Origin: Balanoglossus misakiensis
Lineage: Eukaryota > Animalia > Hemichordata
Direction: 5' to 3'
DNA: 64,000 nt
Assembly: GCA_040954595.2 (NCBI GenBank)
Contig: CM082596.2
Coordinates: 3,090,656-3,154,655 of the forward strand
The position numbers and the translations under genes were made by a program. Shown here piece after piece: positions 38,701 to 49,800 of the stretch. Position 1 is the stretch's first letter, and each line of letters opens with the position of its first letter. Below the pieces are notes generated by a model that saw nothing but the letters and a program-made list of their open reading frames with translations, was not told the DNA's origin and did not search any database.

Positions 38701-41700
38701 TTCAGTTAACAGCCACGTGATATATTGATATTTGTACACCACTGTACGCTGGCTAACGATATGTGCGCATTTCGTTTGATCCCGGGTCGGGAATCCCCTT
38801 GAAATGGCATAATTGGCACGGGTCCTTTTCGGTCAAACAGCTCGAGACGCCGATACAATTGATTTAGATTTCAAAATGGTGGCAGTAACTTCCAGGAAAT
38901 TGTCCATCGGCATTCGCGGAGAGGCCCACACTTATGTACAGAGTGGACTTCCATATTAAGTGCATTTCAATTCACTGCAGTCATTACGGATATGCTTAAT
39001 CATCCAGTGCGGGTTCACGGCCGCAATTATTCGTCAAACACATCCACGTTTCTGTTTCCTAATTGCAGCTTTTACATCCAAGCAAACATATCACCAGCAG
39101 CCGGGCGACGCGCCTTTTCTCTCAAGACTGTGTTATTCGCTCGGCGTTTCTTAATTCAATAAACACGAGCGATGAAATATTGAAAAAGCCTCTCTCGATT
39201 CCTACGCTCCTTTGATGGGTAGTTAAGCAGCTTAAATCAAGGAACGGAACAGAAATCAATTAATGACGGAGCTCCCTTTGTATAAGTCCGGCTACGCAAT
39301 CAGCGCACCGGAGGAAATGCAGATAAAAGATATCAAATCACTAAAAAACTTTGCTTCACACAATGGTAATTAGAACACCGGGTCGTTGTCTTCATCGACG
39401 AATTCAATTTGTCATTTTAGACCAGATCGGCGATGGCTGGTAATTATATCCCGAGTCGTAAGTTAATAGAAAATGTTCCACTGTCGAAATTATCGAATTA
39501 AAAAAATCACAAGTCCTCTGGCAAATCATGTGTAACACGATTTAATATAAAGAGAAAAAATCGTAATGAAAAATAATTGCGTTATGTCGTTTGCTTTTAT
39601 CAGCCGCTGGTTCATTTTCTTAAAGCGTTATGAGCTGCATTATTTTCATGATTTTACTCAAGATTCGAAAGATTGAGTCGTATAAATAGGCTTACCGATG
39701 AGTATACACAAAGTAACGTACTATAAACATCTGATTGTAGCTGCACGTTTCTGTGTGGACACGTTAAATTATAAATGGGTGTCCTACCCGTTTATTGCGA
39801 GAACACAACTATTATGGCGTTCGCACATGCGTATCAGAACCTTCAGAGATTCATCATTTTTAACACTGCATTCATTTCCACCCATTTCCCCCAACGGTTT
39901 CTTGCAGTTGAAGGCAGTTTAGTAGAAATGATGTGAATGATTTATGTCTCTACATACCAGTACATTTCAATGAGGTTGCGAAAAGGAAATTATTCCTGCA
40001 CTCAGATTTCTCCATCCTCTACCTGTAAGAATGCGTTGATCATGCACACATCCCTTAAAATTGCCATGGTTACTTTCATAAACGCATGAAATATCATTAG
40101 TTTGAATCTAAAACCTTAAAAAATATCGACCACCACATCTATATAGGCTTTAACTGTTCTATCGGATCAAATGTTTTATGAATTTCAATTTCATATAATT
40201 CCCTTGTGCGGTGGAAGGCTTAGTACAAATAACAATTAGGCCTACTTGAATTTCTAATTATGAATACACAAATCCTTTGTTCACTTAGACCTATTTTCTT
40301 GTAAAAAATAATGAAATTCTCATTACGCTGATTATTTGTTATTTGGTAGTGAAAGATGAGAAGTAAAGACTGATATATAGAGCACCTTCAGGTCATTCAT
40401 TTCTCTGTCATTTCGAGTTGGCAACACTAACAAACTTGTTTCCCTAGCAACGCCTGAAACACGCCGACTTAATATCTGTTTTATGAAAACGTGTCGAGTT
40501 ACACGTCTCTTGAACCGAATGTAATAACGTTGTATAGTTCTCGTGTCTAATGGAAAACACACACCGTCTACTATTTTTGATAGGATTATATCCTAAATAC
40601 ACTGTTGTGAAGAGAATAAGGGATCTTTCCAATAGACTGTTTCCCTAACATCACGAGAGCCTGCGGGATCTCGCGTGTCTAGACAGTTTATATAGGAGGG
40701 CATTTTCATGTGGCATAGGAAACACAATACATGACCCAGTGTGTTAAACGGCACAATAGTTACTATTTTTGTTAAACTCTGCACCTATTTATCAGTAGCA
40801 TGCCGTTGCCACGGCAATTACCAAATCTCGCGAGATCTCGCAATGAGCGGAAAAAAACGTATTTTCAAATTTGAATTCATTGTTTGAACATTCGGAAAGG
40901 TCAGAGGTGCACTCAATCTGCAATCGTTGCCCGCTGCATTGTTCATGTCACGCTGCCCGTTCGACGAAATCCTGCTCTGTACCATCAGAATCGAACCAGC
41001 GGCCAAAAGAGCACGTACGTTAATCTATACCCGTCCATAAAAACCTGAACAAGCAACGTAGCCACATCTTGACGTCGCCACGTTTTCCTTTCAGGCACAT
41101 AAAATTCTTTTTAATTGCTCCCATTATTACATGCGACGTGACAAACATTGGAAAATGCAAGCTTCCTCCCCGCGGATAGGTTGTCACTTAAATTGCTGCG
41201 GACAGTACCTGTTGTTCCATCGCGACTCCAGGGTTTGTTTACTCGTCCCTGGAAACAGGCATTCCGCTATAATATTAGCTGACAATCTGCTCGCAAAATG
41301 CGACGTGATAAATCTTTAAGGCGTGCATTTCGTCGCTCGATATATCCTGTCATCATCAAGTCAACCGTGTCCGTGTGTGACAGAGACGGGCACCGGGATT
41401 TGAGCGAAACGATGTGACACCGTTGCCCTCCTTAAATGTCTTTTCTGGTATAACAGCATTGATAACATGATCGCACGTGCTTGATTTATGAGTATTCAGA
41501 CTTATATTACCGAACAGGCATTTACATGTAAAGAAATGCAAAACATTCATATATGTGGTATCCCATGTACAACCGATGTGACTGTGTTTGTACCGTCATT
41601 CGATGTGAGAGATTTATGGCATACAGAATCAAATATTGGCATTTAGCGGCCTAAGAACCCATGTTTACATGTTATTCTCCAAAATCCATTTCCATCTCAA

Positions 41701-44440
41701 CTTCTTTCTTGAATAATATTGTTGAAATGATACAGGTCAATACCCCCATGCAGCCACTTAACATTAATGGCAAGGCATAGCTTACTGCTTAGTGCCAAGC
41801 GACGGATTGGAATAATTTGCTGTACCTATTAGAGCGAAAAGAAGGTTCCCGAGTTACGCAAGACTGTGGTGAGTGACAGAGGATGACGGCATTACTGTTG
41901 CTGTGTTTTGAAGCAAGTCAGTAAATTGTGTGTGGCAATGCTATTCAGCTTTTCTGTGTGACGTTAGTTCCGATCGCGTAAATAACGAGGAACGGCACTG
42001 ACGCAATGTGTGACGTCAGAAACACGCTTTCGCATTAAAAACCGTACCTGCATTGTATTAGCTCCAGTCTATATACCCCTCAGTGCAAACGGAAGCGGTG
42101 CTATCCAATTTAGTAAATGCTTAATACCGAGTCATCGGAGTGTTGAGTCGTGAAGTAGGGCTTCGACTGCATTCGTAATTTCTCGCTTGGCAAAAACACC
42201 CCCTCCCCGAAAAATAAACTTGAATCTGCAGCGGATTACTGCAAATTGAATACAGTGTTCCCTTAAAGATATACGGCCACCACAGTTAACATGAAAAGTT
42301 GAGATCTAGCCAATCACATATTTTCACTTGGGTGGCCATGCGGAAAAAAGTGCGTCGCCACATGATTACAACAAGACTTAGACGTCCTTATATGGGCGCA
42401 TGTAAATAGAGGTACCTGTATTATTGTAACTATAGTAACGATATAAATCAACTTGAGCACGTGAGGAACAATTATAAATACATTCATGAGAGAAAAACCA
42501 AAGCTGGGTTTATACCTTTGATGTAATAGATACTTCTCAGTAGAAAATTAATAATTATGTGTTAGCTTACTACTATACTTTATTCCGCTATCGATTTAAG
42601 TGAAATCTCAAATTTCATATTTAATTGAAAATCGCGAACAGGTGGGTCTTCGATTTAAATGAAGGATCATGCAATAAATGTATGAAGGGACGTTGTATTT
42701 TAATTCAAACAAACATGGAGTCGAAAAAGCATGAATGGTTGTGTTGGTGGGGATGTTTTAAACAGTCTTCGTGTTACTGATGTATAATGTAGAGCAAGCT
42801 ATATGCTTCATACTACAGGCTATGTGTCTCATGTCCCTGCGGTCGGCTGAAGTTCTCGAAAATGCCCACGTTTCCACCACATTGTGTAAATCTCCCCCCG
42901 CTGTTGTGCATCGCAATGACTCCGATGACGCCATTGCAGCTATCAATAGCCGAGTCAGGCCAGACAGCCATCTCGCATTCCATCTAAAGATCAACGGGAT
43001 AGACATGCAAATGAGGCTGCGATTGCCCGGCAACCTGTGGAAATGTCTGTGCCTGGCGTTTGTTCCCGTTTTTTAAACGCGGTGGAATAACGCTTATGCA
43101 AGTGGTACATGTGTGCCGTTTGTTGCGGCAAATTGCCCCGTTTTCCATTGAGCGGGTTGGGGAGGGAGGGGTGAGTTTGTCGTGATGAGACAAACACTGC
43201 AAAATTCCAAGTTATCTGTCTTTGAAAATAAGGTGGACTATTATAATTTCTGAAAAGTTTGAGAAAGTAGAGAGGATGTGACTTACTTGAATTCTTGGTG
43301 GGACCCGTAAAATGGCACCGAGTAGGTGACCATCCAGGTGTTTCCACCGCCACAGTCGAAATATGGGGCGCTCCACAAGCCCTCCGTCTCCTCAATGAAC
43401 AGATGGGTCACATTGACGGTGTCGGCGAACTCTGTCTGGTTGTAACGGGGCAAGTGGTAGCCGAATCTCGACCGCATGCTGTAGGCGGCCGGGGACTTGT
43501 CCTGGTGTCTCAGGAACCAGTCCATGCCGCGCCTCCCGGAGGTGTAGTTGAGGCCGGCCAGGTCCTTGGTGACGACAGCGTTGCCGCCGCCCACCCGGTA
43601 GGCGTAGGGGGCGAACAGGTCCACATTGCTTTTGTACTTCTGGGAGTCGAACGCGATGCAACTGCCGAAGATGTTGCCGTCGCTCTCCACGTTATTGCGC
43701 ACCAAGGAGAAGTAAGTTTTGTCGTCGCCCAGGAAGCTGCTATCCACTCCCGACGTCGGCGTCGTCTGGTAGAACGTGTTCAGCAGATTGGCCGTCTTCA
43801 CAGCGGCCTTCGCCTGGTTTCTGAATTCACTGTACGTGTCGTTCGCGCTGTCGATATTGAGCGATGGCAGGGTCACGTGGGTACAATTACGTCCTTGTTC
43901 TTGATTATATTTGATGAATTCCAGGGCGGCATTAAGTTCATCGTCATACATGGACCTATAAAAGCCGAATATATCGGCTTGTCTCTTGCGTCGCCGGGAG
44001 TTATTAAATTTTACGGCATCAATCTTTGCCCGCCGGGGCGACGCATTATCCCTCCCGCCGGACGGCGAGGCATCTCCGCGCTTCGAACTCGTCCTCACAG
44101 GCGACCTCCTTGGCTTGACTTCTTCTAAATTCAGCGGGAAAGGACCATCGAATTCCCTGCTCGCAGATACAGAACCCAAGCGCTGCGGATTCCCAGCGAG
44201 ACCGCGCGCCTCCCGTCGCCCGGCAACCGTTTCCAAGGCTACAGAGTGATGAAGTATCTCCCGTAGGGCGGGTTCATTTGCATTCATAACGTTTCTCCAG
44301 CCAAACGGTACTTTGTATTCGCCGTTTGATGTCATGTGCACTCGACCGACAACGATTTGAGGCAGCACACACACAGCCATCACACAGAATCGCACGAAGA
44401 CACTTTCATATTTGTACCCCGACATTTTGAACGGCTGCAT
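20398..44440 (-). CDS. GPR158: GPR158/GPR179-like class C orphan GPCR (signal peptide, Cache-type ectodomain, Cys-rich/EGF-like stalk, 7TM, C-terminal coiled coil), ~914 aa
   Basis: Exons 43287-44440, 23652-23757, 23212-23550, 22267-22445, 21803-22044, 21513-21651, 21194-21299, 20855-21001, 20398-20730 (2745 nt, in phase). Family motifs WSAPYFDC, GVVTVDIDLRKVDINQC, THKC, GQGFVSGAYQCVC, AEFLFL.FGIYLCY.VR, FHETRY, DELKRLYTQLEIYK..MKIDNPH. One-to-one orthology not established; start may be ATG 44440 or 44425. Confidence 0.92.
20777..20814. repeat. (AAGC)n(AGGC)n microsatellite in GPCR intron 8
   Basis: aagcaagcaagcaagtaagcaagcaggcaggcaggcag. Confidence 0.8.
20855..21001 (-). CDS. GPR158: GPR158-like exon 8
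   Basis: ttttaatag/ LVVVHKMKTSDHFRDRAYSE...DFNQEDVR /gtgagt. Confidence 0.88.
21194..21299 (-). CDS. GPR158: GPR158-like exon 7 (TM7)
   Basis: QIVWLMAGPDWLYFMYVIRSQLTTTVMVGLVFFPK; class C-type FPK end of TM7. Confidence 0.9.
21513..21651 (-). CDS. GPR158: GPR158-like exon 6 (TM5-TM6)
   Basis: AEFLFLIFGIYLCYLVRSASSEFHETRYISIAIYNETIFSLFLHVAR. Confidence 0.92.
21803..22044 (-). CDS. GPR158: GPR158-like exon 5 (TM4, ECL2)
   Basis: ILAVFQTRSATRV...LAAWT...YYVCKSTWWDIAIEA. Confidence 0.92.
22267..22445 (-). CDS. GPR158: GPR158-like exon 4 (TM2-TM3)
   Basis: VVSHDSPYMLEIVLFGALLMY...RWLREWGFAIAYGTLILKTYR. Confidence 0.92.
23212..23550 (-). CDS. GPR158: GPR158-like exon 3 (Cys-rich stalk and TM1)
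   Basis: CVHIPGQGFVSGAYQCVC...CLPCPEGCDGCVDNTPC...YILLGIEIVCIIFVLVLMVLIFKFRKFK. Confidence 0.92.
23652..23757 (-). CDS. GPR158: GPR158-like exon 2
   Basis: GVVTVDIDLRKVDINQCANDTSMFAATHKCKNTTK. Confidence 0.9.
24331..24356. repeat. 26-bp near-perfect palindrome with near-duplicated flanks
   Basis: CACGGTCCCTCCATAGATGGACCGTG (11/13 paired); flanks gcagtaat and gcgtaat. Confidence 0.55.
26049..26100 (+). repeat. Dispersed 52-bp element, copy 1 (X-box-like + TCTCGCGAGA)
   Basis: 47/52 identical to 40804-40854; preceded by a 20-bp tandem duplication (26010-26049). Confidence 0.8.
26690..26718. repeat. (GA)n microsatellite
   Basis: Uninterrupted AG dinucleotide run of 29 nt. Confidence 0.95.
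31053..31099. repeat. Pyrimidine-rich (CCT)n/(CCCCT)n low-complexity tract
   Basis: ccctcttccacctcctcctcctcctcccctccccctcccccttcctct. Confidence 0.8.
40804..40854 (+). repeat. Dispersed 52-bp element, copy 2 (X-box-like + TCTCGCGAGA)
   Basis: cgttgccacggcaattaccaaatctcgcgagatctcgcaatgagcggaaaa, homologous to 26049-26100. Confidence 0.8.
43287..44440 (-). CDS. GPR158: GPR158-like exon 1 (signal peptide, pro-region, Cache-type domain)
   Basis: Long ORF ending ...WSAPYFDCGGGNTWMVTYSVPFYGSHQEF-AA/gtaagt, phase 2 matches exon 2. Confidence 0.9.
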
Positions 44441-46354
44441 TTCCAAGCTGAATTATTCTATTGGGAGTAATCAACATCAACGCGTGGCAGCGAGACACGC
44501 GAGTTACCTCCTGGCTCAATACTGAAACAAACGGCTCAGAAATTACTCGCGTGACGAAAAGGCGAAAATGAGCTACGGTTAACCCAAATGGCTGCGCTGT
44601 CTTTTCTTACCGTTAGAAAAAATCACCGATCGCAGTTGACATTTGGGAGCGTATTTTTAACCTACCTATCATGTGTCGATTTGGTTGTTCTCCGCGTCCG
44701 CGAACCGACGTACTGACAACCATCAAGTTGTAATGCGCGTTTACGAACACCGTCGCAGTTCACGCATAGGACTTTCGCATGGTAAATGTTATCTTCCGTT
44801 GAATCTTGCCACGGCGTAGCGGAACAGCCGCTCGGTGTTGAAATCACAAAACGGCCTCCGAAAAATATGTAACATGTCCGGCCTCCGCTCCGTGGCTCCG
44901 CATCTAACGGTGTGAGAAGTGGCAGTTCTTTTTTTAGTAAACACACACTGCCGTTTTCCTCCCTTCGTTTGGGACTCGCTACTCGACTTCAGGGTACGGG
45001 GAGCGAAGACCAGCTTGCGCACGTTTATATACACAGATGATGATGGATACGCTGGGATATACGCGTCAACGAGGACTGAACAGCGAATGAATTCCTCACC
45101 GCCGTTCGTTCTCGGCACACAAGTAAACACCGCAGGGGCGAGCAGACCAAACCGAACAGCTCCTGGTAGGCAATTCACAGTTATGCCATCGTAGCGGGGA
45201 TGGTGTGTCCTCTCAGTGAACGCAGAAGGGCTGACACAGCAGCCAAAGTACGCCCGTACCGATCGCCTGCACTACATTTGCTCCAACACTTGCGTCGCAA
45301 TGATTCCAACATCCGGGTAACCCACAGGTCTAGGCGCCGAGCTCGTCCGTTGGACAATGCGTGTAGGCATCCTTGGGAGAGAAAAGCAAGCACGTTAACT
45401 GTGTTCATGTAAAATATAGAGAAATAAAAATCGACAAAATCGTTGGAAACGTCGACTTCCAACAACATCATCATTGCAACAGCAACAACGATGAAGACAA
45501 TAACCAACGTGACATTGCAAATATTTGTGTGCTCCTCATATTATTTATAAACAACAGAGATAGGCCTATTCGCTTCGGAAATAATAAAACTCAGGCGTGT
45601 TAATCATCTGTTCGATGTATTGAATTCTTCGGTGAATAGGGGAATTAACGTCACACATTAACCTGCACGATGTCGACGGGTTTGATGTGCTGTCGGCAAC
45701 TGTGGTGCTCATTTGGCGCATAAATCAATTCTGTGCCGCTCGCGGGTCAAAATTTTGACGCTAGCCGGATGAGCATCGGCTTTAGGAAGATACGTCATAA
45801 TTACAGCAGAAGAGCGTAATGCATTAGGAATTCTGTCGACTGACAAGAATCCTTCCACATCGCGACGCTCAAACAAGCGCGCTTCTTGTCTTGAACCTCA
45901 AGCGCAATAATCAAGCTGCCTCCGGGAATTGTCAATTATCGTCATTTAGTTCAATAACGCACCAGTCTCATGAATTTTAATCAATTTTTGCGCGAAAGTA
46001 TCAAGATAAAATTCTTCTCGACAGTTGCATTTTTTGTTGGGTGATCAGCAGGGACGACGGGACTGATGGTGTCTCGCATCACCCGGTATCCCCCCAGGAG
46101 GTACGATACATGCAGTCGGGCCGGGTTCAATGAAAGGACGAGGCCGACAAACAACCCACACACTCAGTGAATTTAGTCTTGCCAATTACAGTATCGAAGA
46201 CTTGCGAATCCACTTGCCTAAATTTGAATCACATTTAAGCGTTTAAGATAAGAAAGACTCAAGACCTACAGAATCCTCGCCAGTTTTCGGTGATGTTACA
46301 CTGAAGTGATGTAGACATTGTTCACATAAAGGAGCGACATCATAAGTTAACTTT

Positions 46355-46388
<34 letters not shown>
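46355..46388. repeat. (GAT)n(GGT)n trinucleotide microsatellite
   Basis: tgatgatgatgatgatgatggtggtggtggtggt. Confidence 0.85.
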
Positions 46389-46876
46389 TGTGGCTGTTGT
46401 TGTGCATGTAGTTTAATGCTAAAAGTCGACCATTATACAGTACAGTAGGACTGGGGATCCTTGGCCAATCGTGTTATGCAGCGAATTATCAACCGCCGTT
46501 CTGACTGCACGAATCTGTTGCTAAGTGTATTATTTCTTATAAAGTGCAATCGTATCCACCTCCTTCAGACCACTTCGGCCCGACTATTCTTTGGAATCTC
46601 CGTGCTTCTTCACCTGAAGTGCGCTATCGGGCTTTGACGGGTCGTTATATTCTGTGGCTGTTCTCTAATTGCTTGGCGTCTGCCGTTAAGCAGGGACGCG
46701 TTTACCACAAGCCGCTGTTGGGATGTTGTTCGGGGGAAAAAAGCCCCGGCAAAAATTCTCTTCACTACCAGGGTCACGTCTCTTAAGACTCCCGTAAATG
46801 TGACTCAATGCTCGCTGGTAACCGCCGCGAGACTGGGGAATCACTCGCTCGACACGTCGCAAGTAGCCTGGTAACT

Positions 46877-46894
46877 TGTGTGTGTGTGTGTGTG
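46877..46894. repeat. (TG)9 microsatellite
   Basis: Direct reading. Confidence 0.85.
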
Positions 46895-49800
46895 ATTTGA
46901 ATTCATTTCCCCCGAGAAGCATTTACCAATTGCCGCTGACGCTCTCAAGGAGCTGCAACGAGCCGCCGCCTCTCATGCGGCATCAGAAACCACTTGCATC
47001 GACTACACCAGTCCTGCCCAGACTGGTGAATCTGATATAGTATTATTTTGCCATTGTACTTATTAACTTTACTAGCAAATGCAATCGTGGTAAAGTATTG
47101 TGGTGTGACGTTAGACTGTACTGTGTATACTGAATGGCACTGTACTGAACAAGGGTGTACACTAGATTACATCAACTCCAACATACTGAATTAACTGGTG
47201 CACAGAAATATCAAGTTAGTGGCGGCTATTTACACAACTTTTTGTAACTTAACCGAAATCCAATAAGCCTAGACTCAACACCCATAGCTCCACTTACGAG
47301 GGTGTTAGAATCTGATGGGCCAATTTTACCAATGCCAAACGTGTTCGCGTCGCGGCAGATACGCCATCAGAGACAGGCTTATTGAAATCCGAGAGAGCCA
47401 TTCAGTATGCATATTCAATTTTAGCTCGGTTTCCCGTTTTAATGACGCAATTACCGTACGATATCTTGCTCAGTGCTGGCGAATTACGACAACTGCCCCC
47501 GTGTCAATAGTTTCATGGAATCGCCAAGGTATTTCTTCTACAACATCACAAATGCCTCATTTATTGACAGAAATTCCTTCGCGGCGGCTTTTAAGGTTTG
47601 ATCTCAGGATCTCATAGACGTTGATTAACTAAGAAAATCAATATGAGCAGTTGGGCTATGGGCGAAAGTCTGTGCCTTGCTTCATTTCAACAAACAGGAT
47701 CGAAGTGTGTCTCCAAATTTGCACTGAACACGAAACGTCGTACGTGATGTTCCTTCTGTGGTTATTGTATCATTCGTCACCTTCGTTGAGTGGTTTAATT
47801 TCATTAAGATACATACATGTATATCCATTTAGAACTATAATAGTAAGATAAAGGGATGACGTCACCATTATTTGGTGTCGGTCCCCTTCCACGTGAGACC
47901 GAGAATGGCAAAGTAATGATGGATATTACACGACGTCCACAAGAAAGCATGGCACAATCGAATAATGTCCAGAAGGCTGACAACATAAACCATCTGTCTC
48001 AGTCTCATCTAAGTTAAACGTATGACAGAAACGTATGCAATGATAGAGACATCCGTACTATTCGAACCCCTGCCTCTGAACAACTAGTAGAAATTTGAAA
48101 TATTTTATTGGCCAATCAAGAAAAACGTATCAAGTGATTCATTTCTTATTTCAGATAAACACTCCATATACGACCGATTTCACCTAGACCACAATTTGAT
48201 AATTTAAATGTTATATTTGATTGACGTTAGTGGGGATACTTTCAATAACGCATTACGTGAGCGTGACACTAAGTTCAACAAAGATCTGAAACTCCAAACC
48301 GAATGTAATATGGGTATTAGGAAGTCGCCTCTCGTCATTTGAAATTATATAATGAACACTTCTTAGGTGTGTGACCCCATTTCGCAATCTCACAATTCTG
48401 TATCCCCCTCTTTGCATCAAATAAAATTGATTCGAAATTCCCCAGGTTCTGGCGGCGACACTTGAACAGTAGCCTACGGTGTGATTCGGCGTGTAAACAG
48501 AAATTTTGCATGGCGACCAGACGCCAGAGACACATATAAACCATTGCCGATATGTACTTCAGCTAAAGCCCTAAGGGCGACAGCCCTTCATAATTTTCAC
48601 CGCACTTTTACTGCACCTTGTCGAGTGCATTTTGATATTCTTCTCGTGTTCATGCAACTAGGTCTGATTAAAGTGTTTGTTTTGGCCGTATATGGCGGTT
48701 TCTCTTGGGTTAGACTTGGACCATGATTTCTTGCAAATGACACCTTTCCAAAAAATATATATCGCTAGGCTCGGGTTTCGTCCCTGCTGTCGGATCAACT
48801 CTCGCGAGAACACGTGCATATTGACACCATCCTTGCCCTTAGAGACCACGAAATCTACATTCTGTGTGTCACATGTGATATAACTATCTCCAGGCTTCTC
48901 AAAAGGATGTGCAAATGAACATTCAAATTTCCGTCATTTTCCGAATTCTAATAAATGCCCTTCGGAATTCCAGACGTGTTTATCTTGCGCGTTCCCAATG
49001 AATTCCAGTCTCCATGACTACGGGACACAAAGTAAACCATCAGACAAGAATTTAAGTGACACCAGCAGGATGCGCTGGCTTTGTATGTTAAAAATCTTAA
49101 AAATGAAACTGCGATGATTTGATGTAAATCAGTAGTCCGGAGTGAAATACAATATCACGATTCATGAAATATGCATATGGATAAAACATTATCGTGTTCC
49201 CCAGGAAATCAGCATTTCTAGTTAGATAGGGTTACATGAATTTTTAAGTTTCAGGGAGGAGCTGGTGATTGATCACAAAGAGACTGATAAAAAGCAATTT
49301 ATCTGTAGCTGGGTATATTGCTTGTCGTTATTGATCCAGAACACACGAAACCATCCGACCGGTCATTTTAGCATTCATCCCCCTATGAACAATCACTGTG
49401 ACGGTCTTTTCACAATTGGCCAACAAATTACTATCGACCTCAACGTTAACTGAAGATCCAAATATCTAAACATCGACGCACTTCGTTGTTTGTCTTCGTA
49501 AATAAATATGTCAGCCGCCATCTTGGAAAAATAACGACAAAGAAAGTAGTTCCGTTACATTATTCATTCCGTGCTTCACTGTAACAGTTTGCACAGGCGT
49601 TAGCACTCTAGACACCCTTCAGATGTACATATTTTTAGACTTTACCGTCTGCAGGGGACGAAAGGACATGTGATATGAGAGTCTGGGGGTAAAAAATCCA
49701 ATGATGTGACCTTTGACCTGACAGTCTCGTTAAAAGTCAGATCTTAAAAGTAGTTCGGCAATGAAAGTAGATTGGACGGGCCTATTAGATTCGAATCTAT

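Noticed and set aside
40985-41040. Pol III B-box-like GGTTCGATTC (minus); similar TTCGAACCC near 48061
   Set aside because: No A-box or cloverleaf; not called as tRNA or SINE.
43295-44128. 277-aa plus-strand ORF
   Set aside because: Antisense shadow of the GC-rich GPR158-like exon 1; no ATG start and no recognisable domain.
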